IMG/VR virus record: IMGVR_UViG_3300043437_000215
Span: 1 to 37,882 of that record
Direction: 5' to 3' (one strand)
DNA length: 37,882 nucleotides
Source: a virus
Lineage: Duplodnaviria; Caudoviricetes
Part shown: piece by piece, positions 17,022 to 25,628 of the stretch
How positions within the stretch are numbered: position 1 is the first letter of the stretch
Layout: each line of letters begins with the position of its first letter
Notes under the pieces: model-generated
What the model saw: the letters and a program-made list of their open reading frames with translations, nothing else
Told to the model about the DNA's origin: nothing
Database searches by the model: none
Program-made: the position numbers and the translations under genes

Positions 17022-17109
17022 AATCCTTATTTTGAATTCACAATACTAAAACAAAGAAAAAAGTAAACCACCAGCGCGAAAAATCTCAAGTGCTTAATAA
17101 TCAACGCAA

Positions 17110-17754
17110 TTATTTTGCGCGACCAATTGCGAATCCTGTAATGCCACCAAGTGCGAAAGCGAATGCGCGTGTCTCATACCACTTCTTCGGCGGCTCGGCC
17201 ACGATTATGTTATTCATGCCGGTGACATGCACGTATGGATTGTCGATGCCAAGCCGAACCACCTTATCGCGCTTACGCGATAGGAAGCCTTTGCGCAGCG
17301 TATCTCCGATTGCAACGGTATAACTTACAGGAATAATAATTGAGTCCAACTGAAGCCTCCCTGCACGGCTTATTTGCCCACCTATCTCAAGCCATTTACC
17401 AGGCCGATGGAAGTAACGCGGAAGGCGAAGGTGCGGGAAGCTATCAATGTATACAGTCTCGCCAAGCTCTACTTGCGTCACCACCTTGGTGCGGGTTTGG
17501 TACCTGATCACCACCTCAGGCTCTCTCAGCTCCAAGGCTCGCAGCTTGGTGCCTGCCGCTGCCAGCTGCACTCCTTGGCTGTGCATCTTGCTGCTATCTC
17601 TCGCAATGCGCACAGCGTACTCATTGTTCAGCGAATCGAGGTACATCGCATTGCTTTCAGCCTCGCCCAATGCCCCGCACGTGCGCATCAAAAGCAGCAA
17701 AAGAAATAGGCATATTGCCAACAGGCTTAACGTGCTGATGTTGCTTTGCTGCAT
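17110..17754 (-). CDS. Spanin-like membrane protein
   Basis: N-terminal hydrophobic segment ending MRTC, coiled-coil then beta-rich region, C-terminal KKWY plus hydrophobic tail; last gene of the lysis cassette. Confidence 0.55.
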   Translation of the reverse strand: MQQSNISTLSLLAICLFLLLLLMRTCGALGEAESNAMYLDSLNNEYAVRIARDSSKMHSQGVQLAAAGTKLRALELREPEVVIRYQTRTKVVTQVELGETVYIDSFPHLRLPRYFHRPGKWLEIGGQISRAGRLQLDSIIIPVSYTVAIGDTLRKGFLSRKRDKVVRLGIDNPYVHVTGMNNIIVAEPPKKWYETRAFAFALGGITGFAIGRAK

Positions 17755-17921
17755 TTTATAAGTTCGTTTAATCGTTTGAGGTACGTGCTCTTATCGCGCA
17801 GCTCGTTGAGCAATATATCGCCCGCCACCTTTATCGGCATCGACTTCTCGGCTATGTACACAGCCAGCACCTTCACAAGTCGCTCATCGCATTCGCAATC
17901 GGTGGCCGGTAGGTTGCTCAT
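17727..17921 (-). CDS. Hypothetical protein (64 aa) coupled to the PAS-HisKA gene
   Basis: ATGA overlap with the PAS-HisKA stop; contains CEC. Confidence 0.6.
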   Translation of the reverse strand: MSNLPATDCECDERLVKVLAVYIAEKSMPIKVAGDILLNELRDKSTYLKRLNELIKCSKATSAR

Positions 17922-18484
17922 AGTTGCCGTGTTGCTTTCTTTACCAATAGCCGAATCACATTGTCGAGCTTTTCAACGCTGTCTTCGAGCATCTTCATAA
18001 CGCCATCGCGCTCCTGATCGGTTGCCCAAGTATGCTCGTTTACCATCTTCACCAAGCCACCGATTGATGTCAACGGCTGACGAAGCTCGTGCGATAGAGT
18101 GAACCTGAACTCTTCGAGCAGCATCTTTTGCCGCTCGTATTCGTGGCTGCTTATGGAAGTAACATCGACAAGTTGAATGCCGATGAAGTGCAGCATATCG
18201 ACAATGGCGTAAACATTCCACATATTGAAGCGCTCCGAGCTTATCTTCTGCTTCGTCTTAGCGTATACCCGAATCGGGTCGGGCGATTTGCTTTGCGCCT
18301 TGCGAATGGCTGCAAGCAGTTCATCGCGGTCGCTATCTTGCGCTGCGATGTCGAGGATATTGCCGGGCTTTATGTGGCTGGAGTATTCGCGAAATAGGTC
18401 ATTCGTGGTGACGATGTTGCCATCCTTATCTGTAATCACATAGAAGAGGTCAATTGATGACTCAAGGATGTGCAGCGATGCCAT
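17918..18484 (-). CDS. PAS-like + HisKA (DHp) protein lacking the HATPase domain (188 aa)
   Basis: PAS-like start 'LESSIDLFYVITDKDGNIVTTNDLF', 'DVT' linker, H-box 'LSHELRQPLTSIGGLV', second DHp helix 'SVEKLDNVIRLLV', then stop. Likely start ATG at 18484. Confidence 0.85.
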   Translation of the reverse strand: MASLHILESSIDLFYVITDKDGNIVTTNDLFREYSSHIKPGNILDIAAQDSDRDELLAAIRKAQSKSPDPIRVYAKTKQKISSERFNMWNVYAIVDMLHFIGIQLVDVTSISSHEYERQKMLLEEFRFTLSHELRQPLTSIGGLVKMVNEHTWATDQERDGVMKMLEDSVEKLDNVIRLLVKKATRQL

Positions 18485-18488
18485 GCTG

Positions 18489-18496
18489 CAAAGATA
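18489..18496 (-). promoter_or_regulatory. Bacteroidota -7 box (TATCTTTG) 4 nt upstream of the PAS-HisKA ATG
   Basis: taa-cg-tatctttg-cagc-ATG in the 14-nt gap after the upstream stop. Confidence 0.65.
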
Positions 18497-18498
18497 CG

Positions 18499-18891
18499 TT
18501 AAACCGAACGTAAATCCGCAATTAATGAACGCCATGCTGGCACACATCCGAGCGCATACTTGATGGTAAGCAGCATCGTGAATGTAAGCACAATTCCGTT
18601 TGCGAGTATATCGTAATTCATAGGCGTTGGCATTTCCGGCTCGTTTCTTACAGCGTGAGTTTTCGGGATGTAATACGTGGCGGCTGGGTACAAAGATACA
18701 TCACACGGCTGAATCGTGTCGAATGCCGTTAGCACTTTCGGCTTTGCCGGCTGTGCCATCACTGCCTGAAAGGATTCACGATTCGCTTGGGCGAATGAGG
18801 TGTCCACATCGGGCGCATGCCACTGCATCTCATCGACATTGACCTTGCTGTGGCGCACTACTTTGATGGTATCTCTTCTAATCTGTTGCAT
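18499..18891 (-). CDS. Membrane protein with C-terminal TM helix (130 aa)
   Basis: ILANGIVLTFTMLLTIKYALG; start overlaps the holin end. Confidence 0.65.
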   Translation of the reverse strand: MQQIRRDTIKVVRHSKVNVDEMQWHAPDVDTSFAQANRESFQAVMAQPAKPKVLTAFDTIQPCDVSLYPAATYYIPKTHAVRNEPEMPTPMNYDILANGIVLTFTMLLTIKYALGCVPAWRSLIADLRSV

Positions 18892-19081
18892 CGCTTTTGG
18901 CTTTTGGGATATATCCTGCGGCTATGAGTGCTGCAATGATGGCGGTTAATGTCTCGGCTGTTATCACTTTGAAGATTAGCAAAAAGATGGACACCAGAAT
19001 CATAAGCGAACCGATTGTGCCGCGCCAGTGCTTCACAATCACATCGAGTATTCGCCTTTGCTTGGTAGCCCTTTTTCGCAT
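18878..19081 (-). CDS. Putative holin (2 TM)
   Basis: Basic N-terminus, 'HWRGTIG' then two hydrophobic helices and a charged C-terminus; directly after the endolysin. Confidence 0.7.
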   Translation of the reverse strand: MRKRATKQRRILDVIVKHWRGTIGSLMILVSIFLLIFKVITAETLTAIIAALIAAGYIPKAKSDATD

Positions 19082-19126
19082 ACCTAATATACGCACACGC
19101 CAGCGCGGCGTTGGGGCAAGATGCCT

Positions 19127-19585
19127 CTAAATATTACACAATGAGAAATAGAGATTCGCCTCTTCGCGGCGGCGGTTGGTCAGCCCTGCGAGCACCTTCC
19201 CGCCCGCCTTGTTCCACTTCAGGAACTCATCGAGAATGCTCGGGTCGGCTGAGTTGGCTTTGGCCTTCTTTAGCAGCGTTGACTTAACCAAAGCGCCAGT
19301 TCCTACGTTGTAGGCGAAGCACACAAGCGCATCGAACTGGCATTGGTTGAGGTTAGGTAGGTGTTTATTGACGGCTGCCTCGAATGGGTCAAGCGTAGAT
19401 AGTAGCAATTGCGTTGCTTCCTTTTCGCCTGTGAGCTTTTCGCCCAGGATTACCTTCTTGCCATTCGGATAGCGTGTCGAGCCGTAGCCTATGGTCGGCA
19501 CTCCGGCGGGGCATAGGTAGCTTGAGAGCCTCAATCCCTCGTACTTCTTAATCAGATTAAGCCCGAGAATTGAGGTGCTGCGCAT
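19127..19585 (-). CDS. Endolysin, GH24 phage lysozyme
   Basis: E-x8-C-x5-T triad (EGLRLSSYLCPAGVPT), TIGYG, FDALV.FAYNVG, GL..RR..E. Confidence 0.95.
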   Translation of the reverse strand: MRSTSILGLNLIKKYEGLRLSSYLCPAGVPTIGYGSTRYPNGKKVILGEKLTGEKEATQLLLSTLDPFEAAVNKHLPNLNQCQFDALVCFAYNVGTGALVKSTLLKKAKANSADPSILDEFLKWNKAGGKVLAGLTNRRREEANLYFSLCNI

Positions 19586-20079
19586 TAGATGATAAGGTAT
19601 TGAAATGTTACAGATGCGTTTAAGACGCTACCAGCAACACCGTCAATTTGAATCTGCCCTAAATCCAAAGAGTCATTTGCAGCAATTAGTGAACCAGTGT
19701 AATTAGATGAATCATTTAATGATAATGTACCAATTAAATTTTGATTTGAGTTAAAACTTGATGGCACTGGCAAATCAAAATTAAAAACAACACTTGTATC
19801 AGCAACATCATAATTCACAGAAAATCTAAAAGAACAAGTTACAGTATTACCAACTTTCGACCAATGCATATCGCTTACACCGCCAATTGTAGTCGAACTT
19901 GGTGTTTCATTGCTAATTGTTGGAGCAAATACACCGCTATTCAACTGAGGCATCCCATCATAGATATTCTGCACCTCAATCTGCTTGCTGGTGTTGCTAC
20001 TTGTGTCAACAATGTACATTACATCATCGCTCGCTGCCGTTGCTAAGGGTGTTAGGTCGGTTACTTTTACGCCTGCCAT
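19585..20079 (-). CDS. Putative fibre/decoration protein (164 aa)
   Basis: N-terminal 'VKVTDL...DD.MYIVD....SKQI' of the K(I/V)(S/T)(E/D)L type; C-terminal beta domain 'WSKVGNTVTC.F' like fibre knobs. Confidence 0.6.
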   Translation of the reverse strand: MAGVKVTDLTPLATAASDDVMYIVDTSSNTSKQIEVQNIYDGMPQLNSGVFAPTISNETPSSTTIGGVSDMHWSKVGNTVTCSFRFSVNYDVADTSVVFNFDLPVPSSFNSNQNLIGTLSLNDSSNYTGSLIAANDSLDLGQIQIDGVAGSVLNASVTFQYLII

Positions 20080-20091
20080 AGTGGTAAGTTT

Positions 20092-20307
20092 TTACAAAGG
20101 TAGTGATTGTATTAATTCAAATTCAATGCCTTGACCTAATACTTCAATCGTTACATCATCTTCGAGTAAAAACCATCGATTATCATTTATTAATGGCCTT
20201 GAATAAGATTCAAAATTTGCGTCTGGAAATCCAAGTTCAATATTGATTAAATCAATATCATTTTGACATTGTTCTTCAGATTCGTATAAATAACCGCGTA
20301 CTAACAT
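20092..20307 (-). CDS. Small acidic protein, possible fibre chaperone (71 aa)
   Basis: Follows the lectin-like gene; AT-rich. Confidence 0.55.
   Translation of the reverse strand: MLVRGYLYESEEQCQNDIDLINIELGFPDANFESYSRPLINDNRWFLLEDDVTIEVLGQGIEFELIQSLPL
20095..20102 (-). promoter_or_regulatory. Bacteroidota -7 box (TACCTTTG) upstream of the decoration and lysis genes
   Basis: tacctttg-taaaaacttaccact-ATG at 20079. Confidence 0.55.
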
Positions 20308-20308
20308 A

Positions 20309-21394
20309 TCACATTCTTATGTTATAATATGAGCCAATGTCCGAAATAATCCCATTCAATCTGATGTTTGTAAACACTGATTGCCTAAAAATTATAAGCT
20401 CCGAAATATAACCTATTAAACCAACGTCTTGAGTGTTTACGTTACCCAGTTGCAAATTAGCTGCTGCGTTAACATTGCTTGGCGCATCAGAGTTTATATT
20501 GTTTATAACATTATTGTTATTGCAATAAACTTGCGACCTTTGAATATTTGGGATTACAGAATTATAGGATTTATAAACTCCTAAAACATTTAATCTATTT
20601 GCCGGTATTAAGTCTACCGCGGATGTAGCCGATGACCTACTGCCCGCAACGCTGCGAACAGTTGACCACCTAAAAAGATTATTTGAAACACTATCTTGAT
20701 AAGCCCAAGTTATTCCACTTGACGTACTTGCATCTCCTCCATTTGTGCTATCTAATAACCAATAATTAGTATTTGGATTATCAACAATTCCTGTCTGTGT
20801 TACCATAAATAAATATTGCTCAAAGCTCCCATCTGTTGAATCGTGCAAAAATTTATAAGTCGCTGTCGAACCATTAACAAACATGACTTGATTGTTGGAA
20901 TTCCAAAACATTGACGGCAATCCATTTCTTAACTCAATTAACCCTGTAGTGTAAATAAATGGTTGAAATTGTGGACTGTTCTGAATAAAGTGATTACCTC
21001 TACCTGATTGGTCATACAAGATACTTACTCGACCTGAATCTACTTTGCAAAATTCTGATATAGCTAAAATATCCAATTGATTGAATTTGTTAAAGCCTAT
21101 ATCTAAAACAGCATTATCATTTGTTCTCCTTATTCTAATCAAAGGGCCTGAATATCCTGACCATAATCTTCTTGCACATGACCACATGCTAAATGGCAAT
21201 CCTATTATTGGCTGATATTTATCTGCAAATAATTCATTCCATCGCATTGTGTTTCCTAAATTCCAATTAGGATTTAATTGATTGCCAAAATTATTATTGT
21301 CAGAATAATTCTTAAACAATCCATCCGAAGAAGATTGAGGCAATGAACTATTGCCAAAAGCCTGCCGCTTATTAAATCCTAAAAACCCAGTCAT
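20309..21394 (-). CDS. Putative receptor-binding protein with arabinofuranosidase-B/LamG-like fold
   Basis: 'RRL.SGYSGPLIRIRR..DNA..DIGF', 'V..LYDQSG.GNH', 'GYISELIIF'; Asn-rich, low GC. Confidence 0.65.
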   Translation of the reverse strand: MTGFLGFNKRQAFGNSSLPQSSSDGLFKNYSDNNNFGNQLNPNWNLGNTMRWNELFADKYQPIIGLPFSMWSCARRLWSGYSGPLIRIRRTNDNAVLDIGFNKFNQLDILAISEFCKVDSGRVSILYDQSGRGNHFIQNSPQFQPFIYTTGLIELRNGLPSMFWNSNNQVMFVNGSTATYKFLHDSTDGSFEQYLFMVTQTGIVDNPNTNYWLLDSTNGGDASTSSGITWAYQDSVSNNLFRWSTVRSVAGSRSSATSAVDLIPANRLNVLGVYKSYNSVIPNIQRSQVYCNNNNVINNINSDAPSNVNAAANLQLGNVNTQDVGLIGYISELIIFRQSVFTNIRLNGIISDIGSYYNIRM

Positions 21395-21828
21395 TATGCA
21401 AATTCTCCAACTGAAGCTCTAACATTAAGTGTTGTATTGGCTGCAACAGTAGTAACCGAAACGAATATCTTTTGCCCATTCTGAATTTGCAAATCATTGA
21501 TTGCTATTTCAAGATATGGCCCTGCAACCGTTGCAGTCATCGCTGAACCGGCTCCAAAAGCAAGTCCTCTTACTACCCTGGCATTTGCGCCTGTATTATC
21601 AGTCAACCAAATGTAGAATATTCCAGCGCTTGGTGTTCCTGTTCCTATGAATTGATAGGATATTAATGTGCACTTAGCCCCTTCAGGAATTGCGCAAGCA
21701 TATAATTGCCGGAAACTTCCGCTATCAGATGGCGATGCCACAACTGCTGTGGCTGTATTGGCTGTGTCGAGGTTAACAACAGGGGTCTTCGGCAATAATG
21801 CGAAAACTGGTCTTTGATTTGCTGGCAT
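21394..21828 (-). CDS. Putative fibre adaptor/structural protein (144 aa)
   Basis: MPANQRPVF start, all-beta character; lies between the fibre and lectin-like genes. Confidence 0.55.
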   Translation of the reverse strand: MPANQRPVFALLPKTPVVNLDTANTATAVVASPSDSGSFRQLYACAIPEGAKCTLISYQFIGTGTPSAGIFYIWLTDNTGANARVVRGLAFGAGSAMTATVAGPYLEIAINDLQIQNGQKIFVSVTTVAANTTLNVRASVGEFA

Positions 21829-21839
21829 TTTATGATGTT

Positions 21840-23894
21840 TTAGTAGTTGTAAAAAAGATATAAATCGCTACCCACTGCTGGATCATTGATTGCATTATCC
21901 ACATAAGCCTTAACGGCTGCCTGTGTTGGATATAATGTGTTGCTTGTGCCTAATGTTGTTGCAGTGCTTTTGTTGGCTACGTCTTCAGGTGTGAATCCTA
22001 AAGCATTTTGCTTCCCATTGAACATGCTCCAATCGGTCGAGCTCAATGCGCCTCTATTGGTTGCGCTGGCAGTTGGCAGATTAAAGGTATGGGTAGTGCT
22101 TGCCGAGCTGATGCCGAAGTCGGTTCCACTCGTGCCAGTTGCGAAGTTTTGCACTTGAGCAGTCAAGCCATTCAATGCGTTTAGCCCTGTCGTGAATGTT
22201 GTAATTACTTGGCAAAGGTTATTGTCCTCGGTATGCAGGGTAATGTTTCGCCCGGATGTAGTTACGAAAATGCGCACTGCGAGCCTATCAGTTGCAGCCA
22301 ATACAGTCGAGGGTACTGCAAGGGCACTAACGTACAAATCGACTACCGTGCCGCCTGTAATCGCTTCGGGATTAGTTGACCCTGATGAAATTAACGTAAA
22401 GGTTGCGCCATCGTACTTATACAGCTCAATGTAAAAGCTCGGATTGCCACCGCCACTCGATGCGTTAAAATAGGTTTCAAAGGTCCAATTGCCTGAAGGG
22501 ATTGCCAAAAGATTTGGGTCACCTGCATCGGTTATGAATTGAGCGATGTAGCCATTGCCTTGCGCGTTTGTGCGTGTGAAGTTAGTGCCCGGTCCAAGCA
22601 CTGGAACGCGGCTCATTTGAAAATAAGCATTGCCTCCAATCGTTCCTTGACTGATTGAGCCGTTGAGGTAATAGTTCACCGATGCGCCACCGCCACCGCC
22701 CAAAGGGAAGTTAGCCAAAGACCCATCGCCACGCACGTACTGGCTTACAACTCCATTGGCTGTTATGTCAATGCTTGGCGTTGTGGTTGAGTTAGGTACT
22801 GCAACGCTGAATGCAGGGTTTGTCGGGTTCGGCACAGTTGCCGCAACCGATGTAACCGTGCCATTTGTGAGTGTTGGGAATGGCTGAGGTGCTCCGGTTC
22901 CATCGAGATAGTCTGCGCTTGTCCCTGTTGGTGTATCGAACTTGCCATCAAAGGTATTCCAATCAGCCGAGCTGAGATAGCCGTCTGTTGTGGTGTCGGC
23001 TTGGCTTATGCTGATGTCGGGCGTTGCCCCACCGCTTGAGGATATCGGAGCGCTACCCGTTACCGAGGTTACGCCGCCGCCACCGCCACCGCCAGGTACA
23101 TTCACCTCAACCACTCCTGGCGAAGTTAGCGAAGCAGTCACGCCAGCGCCGGTGAAGTTCAGCGTTGTTGTGTTGGTGCTTACGTTGGTGCCTTCATCCT
23201 GAGTGCGCAATGGTGTTCCACCACCTCCGCCAATTGCGACAAGCGGATCCGCTGGTGTGCCGTTGCCTGTGATTGTGACCCCATCCACAGCCACTGATGT
23301 GAGGCAAGGCTCGCATGGTTCGAAATCGGGCAGGGGAATATCGCCAGTTTGGCAAGTATCATAGCAGCCGTCCTCGGATGAGGTGCTGACATTGACATCC
23401 ACATCAATAGCAACCGCTGCCCACTCATAGTTTACTGGCAAGTACTTAATCTCATTAGCGTACCCGCTTGGCACAACCTCATAAGCGATTGCCCCGATGG
23501 CAGTTTTGAATTGCGGGTCTGTGCCGCTAATGAGTCTCAGCACACGCGATGCCACCCAGTCCTGTGCATCGGCTGAGTCGCAAGGAAGGTGCGATTTGCG
23601 AACCATTGCGTATGCCGTCATCGAGAATCGTGTCTCATAGATTGAGCGGCAGCCTGCCAGCTTTAGCGAATCGTTTTTCGTTACGTTAATCTTGCCACGC
23701 TTGGCCCAAAAGAGAGTGCCCTGTTTCGCATCGTAATCGGTTACAGGAATCGCTTGGCCGTTGCCGATGTAGAAAGCCCACGCCTTATCATTGCCCTCGC
23801 CTACAAGCTCGCTAAGGCCGTAAATCTTATCGAAGATATTGCCGACCTCAATGCGCTGGTTTAGCCTGTCGAGAATGGTGGATAGTATATTCAT
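21840..23894 (-). CDS. Fibre protein with N-terminal neck/tail-completion-like domain (684 aa)
   Basis: ~190-aa globular N-terminus, then a Gly/Thr-rich shaft (VTSV repeats, poly-Gly, two 'G.LSS.DW..F.GK', 'LYPTQAAVKAYVD'). Confidence 0.75.
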   Translation of the reverse strand: MNILSTILDRLNQRIEVGNIFDKIYGLSELVGEGNDKAWAFYIGNGQAIPVTDYDAKQGTLFWAKRGKINVTKNDSLKLAGCRSIYETRFSMTAYAMVRKSHLPCDSADAQDWVASRVLRLISGTDPQFKTAIGAIAYEVVPSGYANEIKYLPVNYEWAAVAIDVDVNVSTSSEDGCYDTCQTGDIPLPDFEPCEPCLTSVAVDGVTITGNGTPADPLVAIGGGGGTPLRTQDEGTNVSTNTTTLNFTGAGVTASLTSPGVVEVNVPGGGGGGGVTSVTGSAPISSSGGATPDISISQADTTTDGYLSSADWNTFDGKFDTPTGTSADYLDGTGAPQPFPTLTNGTVTSVAATVPNPTNPAFSVAVPNSTTTPSIDITANGVVSQYVRGDGSLANFPLGGGGGASVNYYLNGSISQGTIGGNAYFQMSRVPVLGPGTNFTRTNAQGNGYIAQFITDAGDPNLLAIPSGNWTFETYFNASSGGGNPSFYIELYKYDGATFTLISSGSTNPEAITGGTVVDLYVSALAVPSTVLAATDRLAVRIFVTTSGRNITLHTEDNNLCQVITTFTTGLNALNGLTAQVQNFATGTSGTDFGISSASTTHTFNLPTASATNRGALSSTDWSMFNGKQNALGFTPEDVANKSTATTLGTSNTLYPTQAAVKAYVDNAINDPAVGSDLYLFYNY

Positions 23895-24445
23895 TTATTC
23901 ATTGCGTTAATGATTTGTTGCACGAGCTCCGCTGCATGGTCTTCGAGCATCTCGGCTTGCTCTTCAGGTGTCGGCAAAAAGATAGTGCCGTATTTCTTTT
24001 CTAAGCCATCAATCTTGCCCTCCTCGGATGCGGGTACTGTTATCGCTGCCTCCAATCCTTCGGTCAATACATCGGATGAAAGGAAGCCGCCTTTTAATCT
24101 TCCGGTTAACTCCAAAGGCAACTTGCGCGAAGTGCCTTTTTTCAATTCGGCATAACCGCCTGGAAAGAACAGCGACTTAATCGGCTCGCCACGCTTACCA
24201 ACCTTGTACTTGCTTGGTGCCGATGCCAACGCTCGCGGGCTGACATAAATCGGTTTAGTGCTGTATGGTTTGGTCGGCAATTTATCGCCCGCCGTATTCG
24301 TGCCACCGCTGGAGCCAGTACCGAATATCCGCTTGAACATGATGCGCTTTAATTCACGAACAGGGCCATACAAAGCTGTGAACTTGGATGTCCAATCGTT
24401 GTACAATTCATCGAGGTTCTTTTGAATTTCGGCGGGTGTCGGCAT
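23891..24445 (-). CDS. Putative neck/virion morphogenesis protein (184 aa)
   Basis: 'RIF..G', 'Y..LK', 'LELTGRL', 'LE.KYG.IF' pattern; lies after the head-tail adaptor. Confidence 0.55.
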   Translation of the reverse strand: MPTPAEIQKNLDELYNDWTSKFTALYGPVRELKRIMFKRIFGTGSSGGTNTAGDKLPTKPYSTKPIYVSPRALASAPSKYKVGKRGEPIKSLFFPGGYAELKKGTSRKLPLELTGRLKGGFLSSDVLTEGLEAAITVPASEEGKIDGLEKKYGTIFLPTPEEQAEMLEDHAAELVQQIINAMNK

Positions 24446-24446
24446 C

Positions 24447-25484
24447 TTATGGCAGGGCTGTAACGTACTTCATATTGCGCTTGCAATCCCAGCAATGCGT
24501 ATCGTCAGGCAGGCGCATGTTCTGCAAGGTTGCTCCAAGGTCTTCGCTGTATCGCGTTGCTGCGATGTCGCGAGCTGCCATGATTCCATCCATGAGCTCG
24601 GTCTTGTTCTGCCCCCTATTCACAATAACCGTTGTATTCACTCGCTGATTCTGGCTAATCGTAAGGGCATAGTTGTAAATCTCAACGGCTGTGGCATAGG
24701 CTAACGCTAATGCCATCGTTCCACCTACCGAGCACAGCCATCCTTGGCGGTCGCAGTTCACATTATACGTGAGGCTCATGCCTGTGGTGTATTTACTCGA
24801 TTTGCTTGTCAGCACGTTCGTGCCATCCGTTGTGAGCTCGATGCCTATCGCATCCACGAAAGGGCAGATATGCGATTCCTTAATCCCGCCCCCACAGCTT
24901 GTGCAAGTGCCTCTCTTTGGCGTGAACTTTACCGTATTGATATCTGACTCATAGACGATGGCGATGTCCATCTTACGCTTTGCCGAGGTAAAGGTCTTAC
25001 CGATGAACTGATCGAGCGCACCCTCTGCATAGGTAATAGTTTCAATCAACTTGCCAGTGGTCATATCGAATATCAAGATAGGCACGTTCACATTAGCAGC
25101 ATCGATTGCAAGGTTAATGTCGGCAAGGTAGAAGTTAAGATAGCTAACCGTATTCGGGTCAATCTTCAACCTGATGCCGCCATAGTTGCCAGCACCGAGC
25201 GCAGTCTGCACGTTGGCATAATTAGACACAACTTGTCCAACGCGCTTGCTCTCGATTATCGTGTCGCTCTTCATCATTGGGCTAAGCTTAGTCAGCACAT
25301 CCGATGAAAGTTTACGCCATGCGAAGGCTCGCTTATCTTCGAACAGCTCAACGCCGTTGCGGTATTGGTCCGTGATTAGTTGCCCGAGAAAGGTTTGGTT
25401 GATGCCGAGGTCATCGATGTAGAGCCCAGTCGATGGCTCTGGTGATTCGCAGCCTCTTAATCCGAGTAGTGATTCAATGCACAT
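24447..25484 (-). CDS. Putative head completion/head-tail adaptor protein (345 aa, Cys-rich)
   Basis: First gene after the capsid terminator; CTSCGG and CWDC motifs. Confidence 0.5.
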   Translation of the reverse strand: MCIESLLGLRGCESPEPSTGLYIDDLGINQTFLGQLITDQYRNGVELFEDKRAFAWRKLSSDVLTKLSPMMKSDTIIESKRVGQVVSNYANVQTALGAGNYGGIRLKIDPNTVSYLNFYLADINLAIDAANVNVPILIFDMTTGKLIETITYAEGALDQFIGKTFTSAKRKMDIAIVYESDINTVKFTPKRGTCTSCGGGIKESHICPFVDAIGIELTTDGTNVLTSKSSKYTTGMSLTYNVNCDRQGWLCSVGGTMALALAYATAVEIYNYALTISQNQRVNTTVIVNRGQNKTELMDGIMAARDIAATRYSEDLGATLQNMRLPDDTHCWDCKRNMKYVTALP

Positions 25485-25498
25485 CTCTTTAGTTTTTA

Positions 25499-25506
25499 CA
25501 AAGATA
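25499..25506 (-). promoter_or_regulatory. Bacteroidota -7 box (TATCTTTG)
   Basis: Directly after the terminator U-tract and 14 nt before the ATG at 25484. Confidence 0.6.
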
Positions 25507-25508
25507 AA

Positions 25509-25538
25509 TAAAAAAAGGAGGGCACGAAGCCCCCCTCT
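25509..25538 (-). terminator. Intrinsic terminator after the capsid gene
   Basis: mRNA gaggggggc-ttcgt-gccctcctt followed by a T-run. Confidence 0.8.
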
Positions 25539-25628
25539 TTATTGCGTGGTTAGATTATCTAATCCGTCTTGGGTCAATAAGTCCTCATCCGCTTGGGATA
25601 GCAGGCTCATTAACCCGATTACGGGTTT
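25539..25628 (-). other. Predicted -1 frameshift site (A AAC CCG) and 27-aa capsid C-terminal extension
   Basis: -1 frame reads VIGLMSLLSQADEDLLTQDGLDNLTTQ* to TAA at 25539-25541. Alternatively an independent 23-aa ORF from the ATG at 25610. Confidence 0.6.

Noticed and set aside
18485-18547. Longer start for the PAS-HisKA ORF (18547)
   Set aside because: It overlaps the upstream gene and runs through the promoter box; the ATG at 18484 fits better.
18691-18698. TATCTTTG box inside the 130-aa gene
   Set aside because: It lies mid-CDS with no adjacent start codon; a six-position motif is expected several times by chance in 35 kb.
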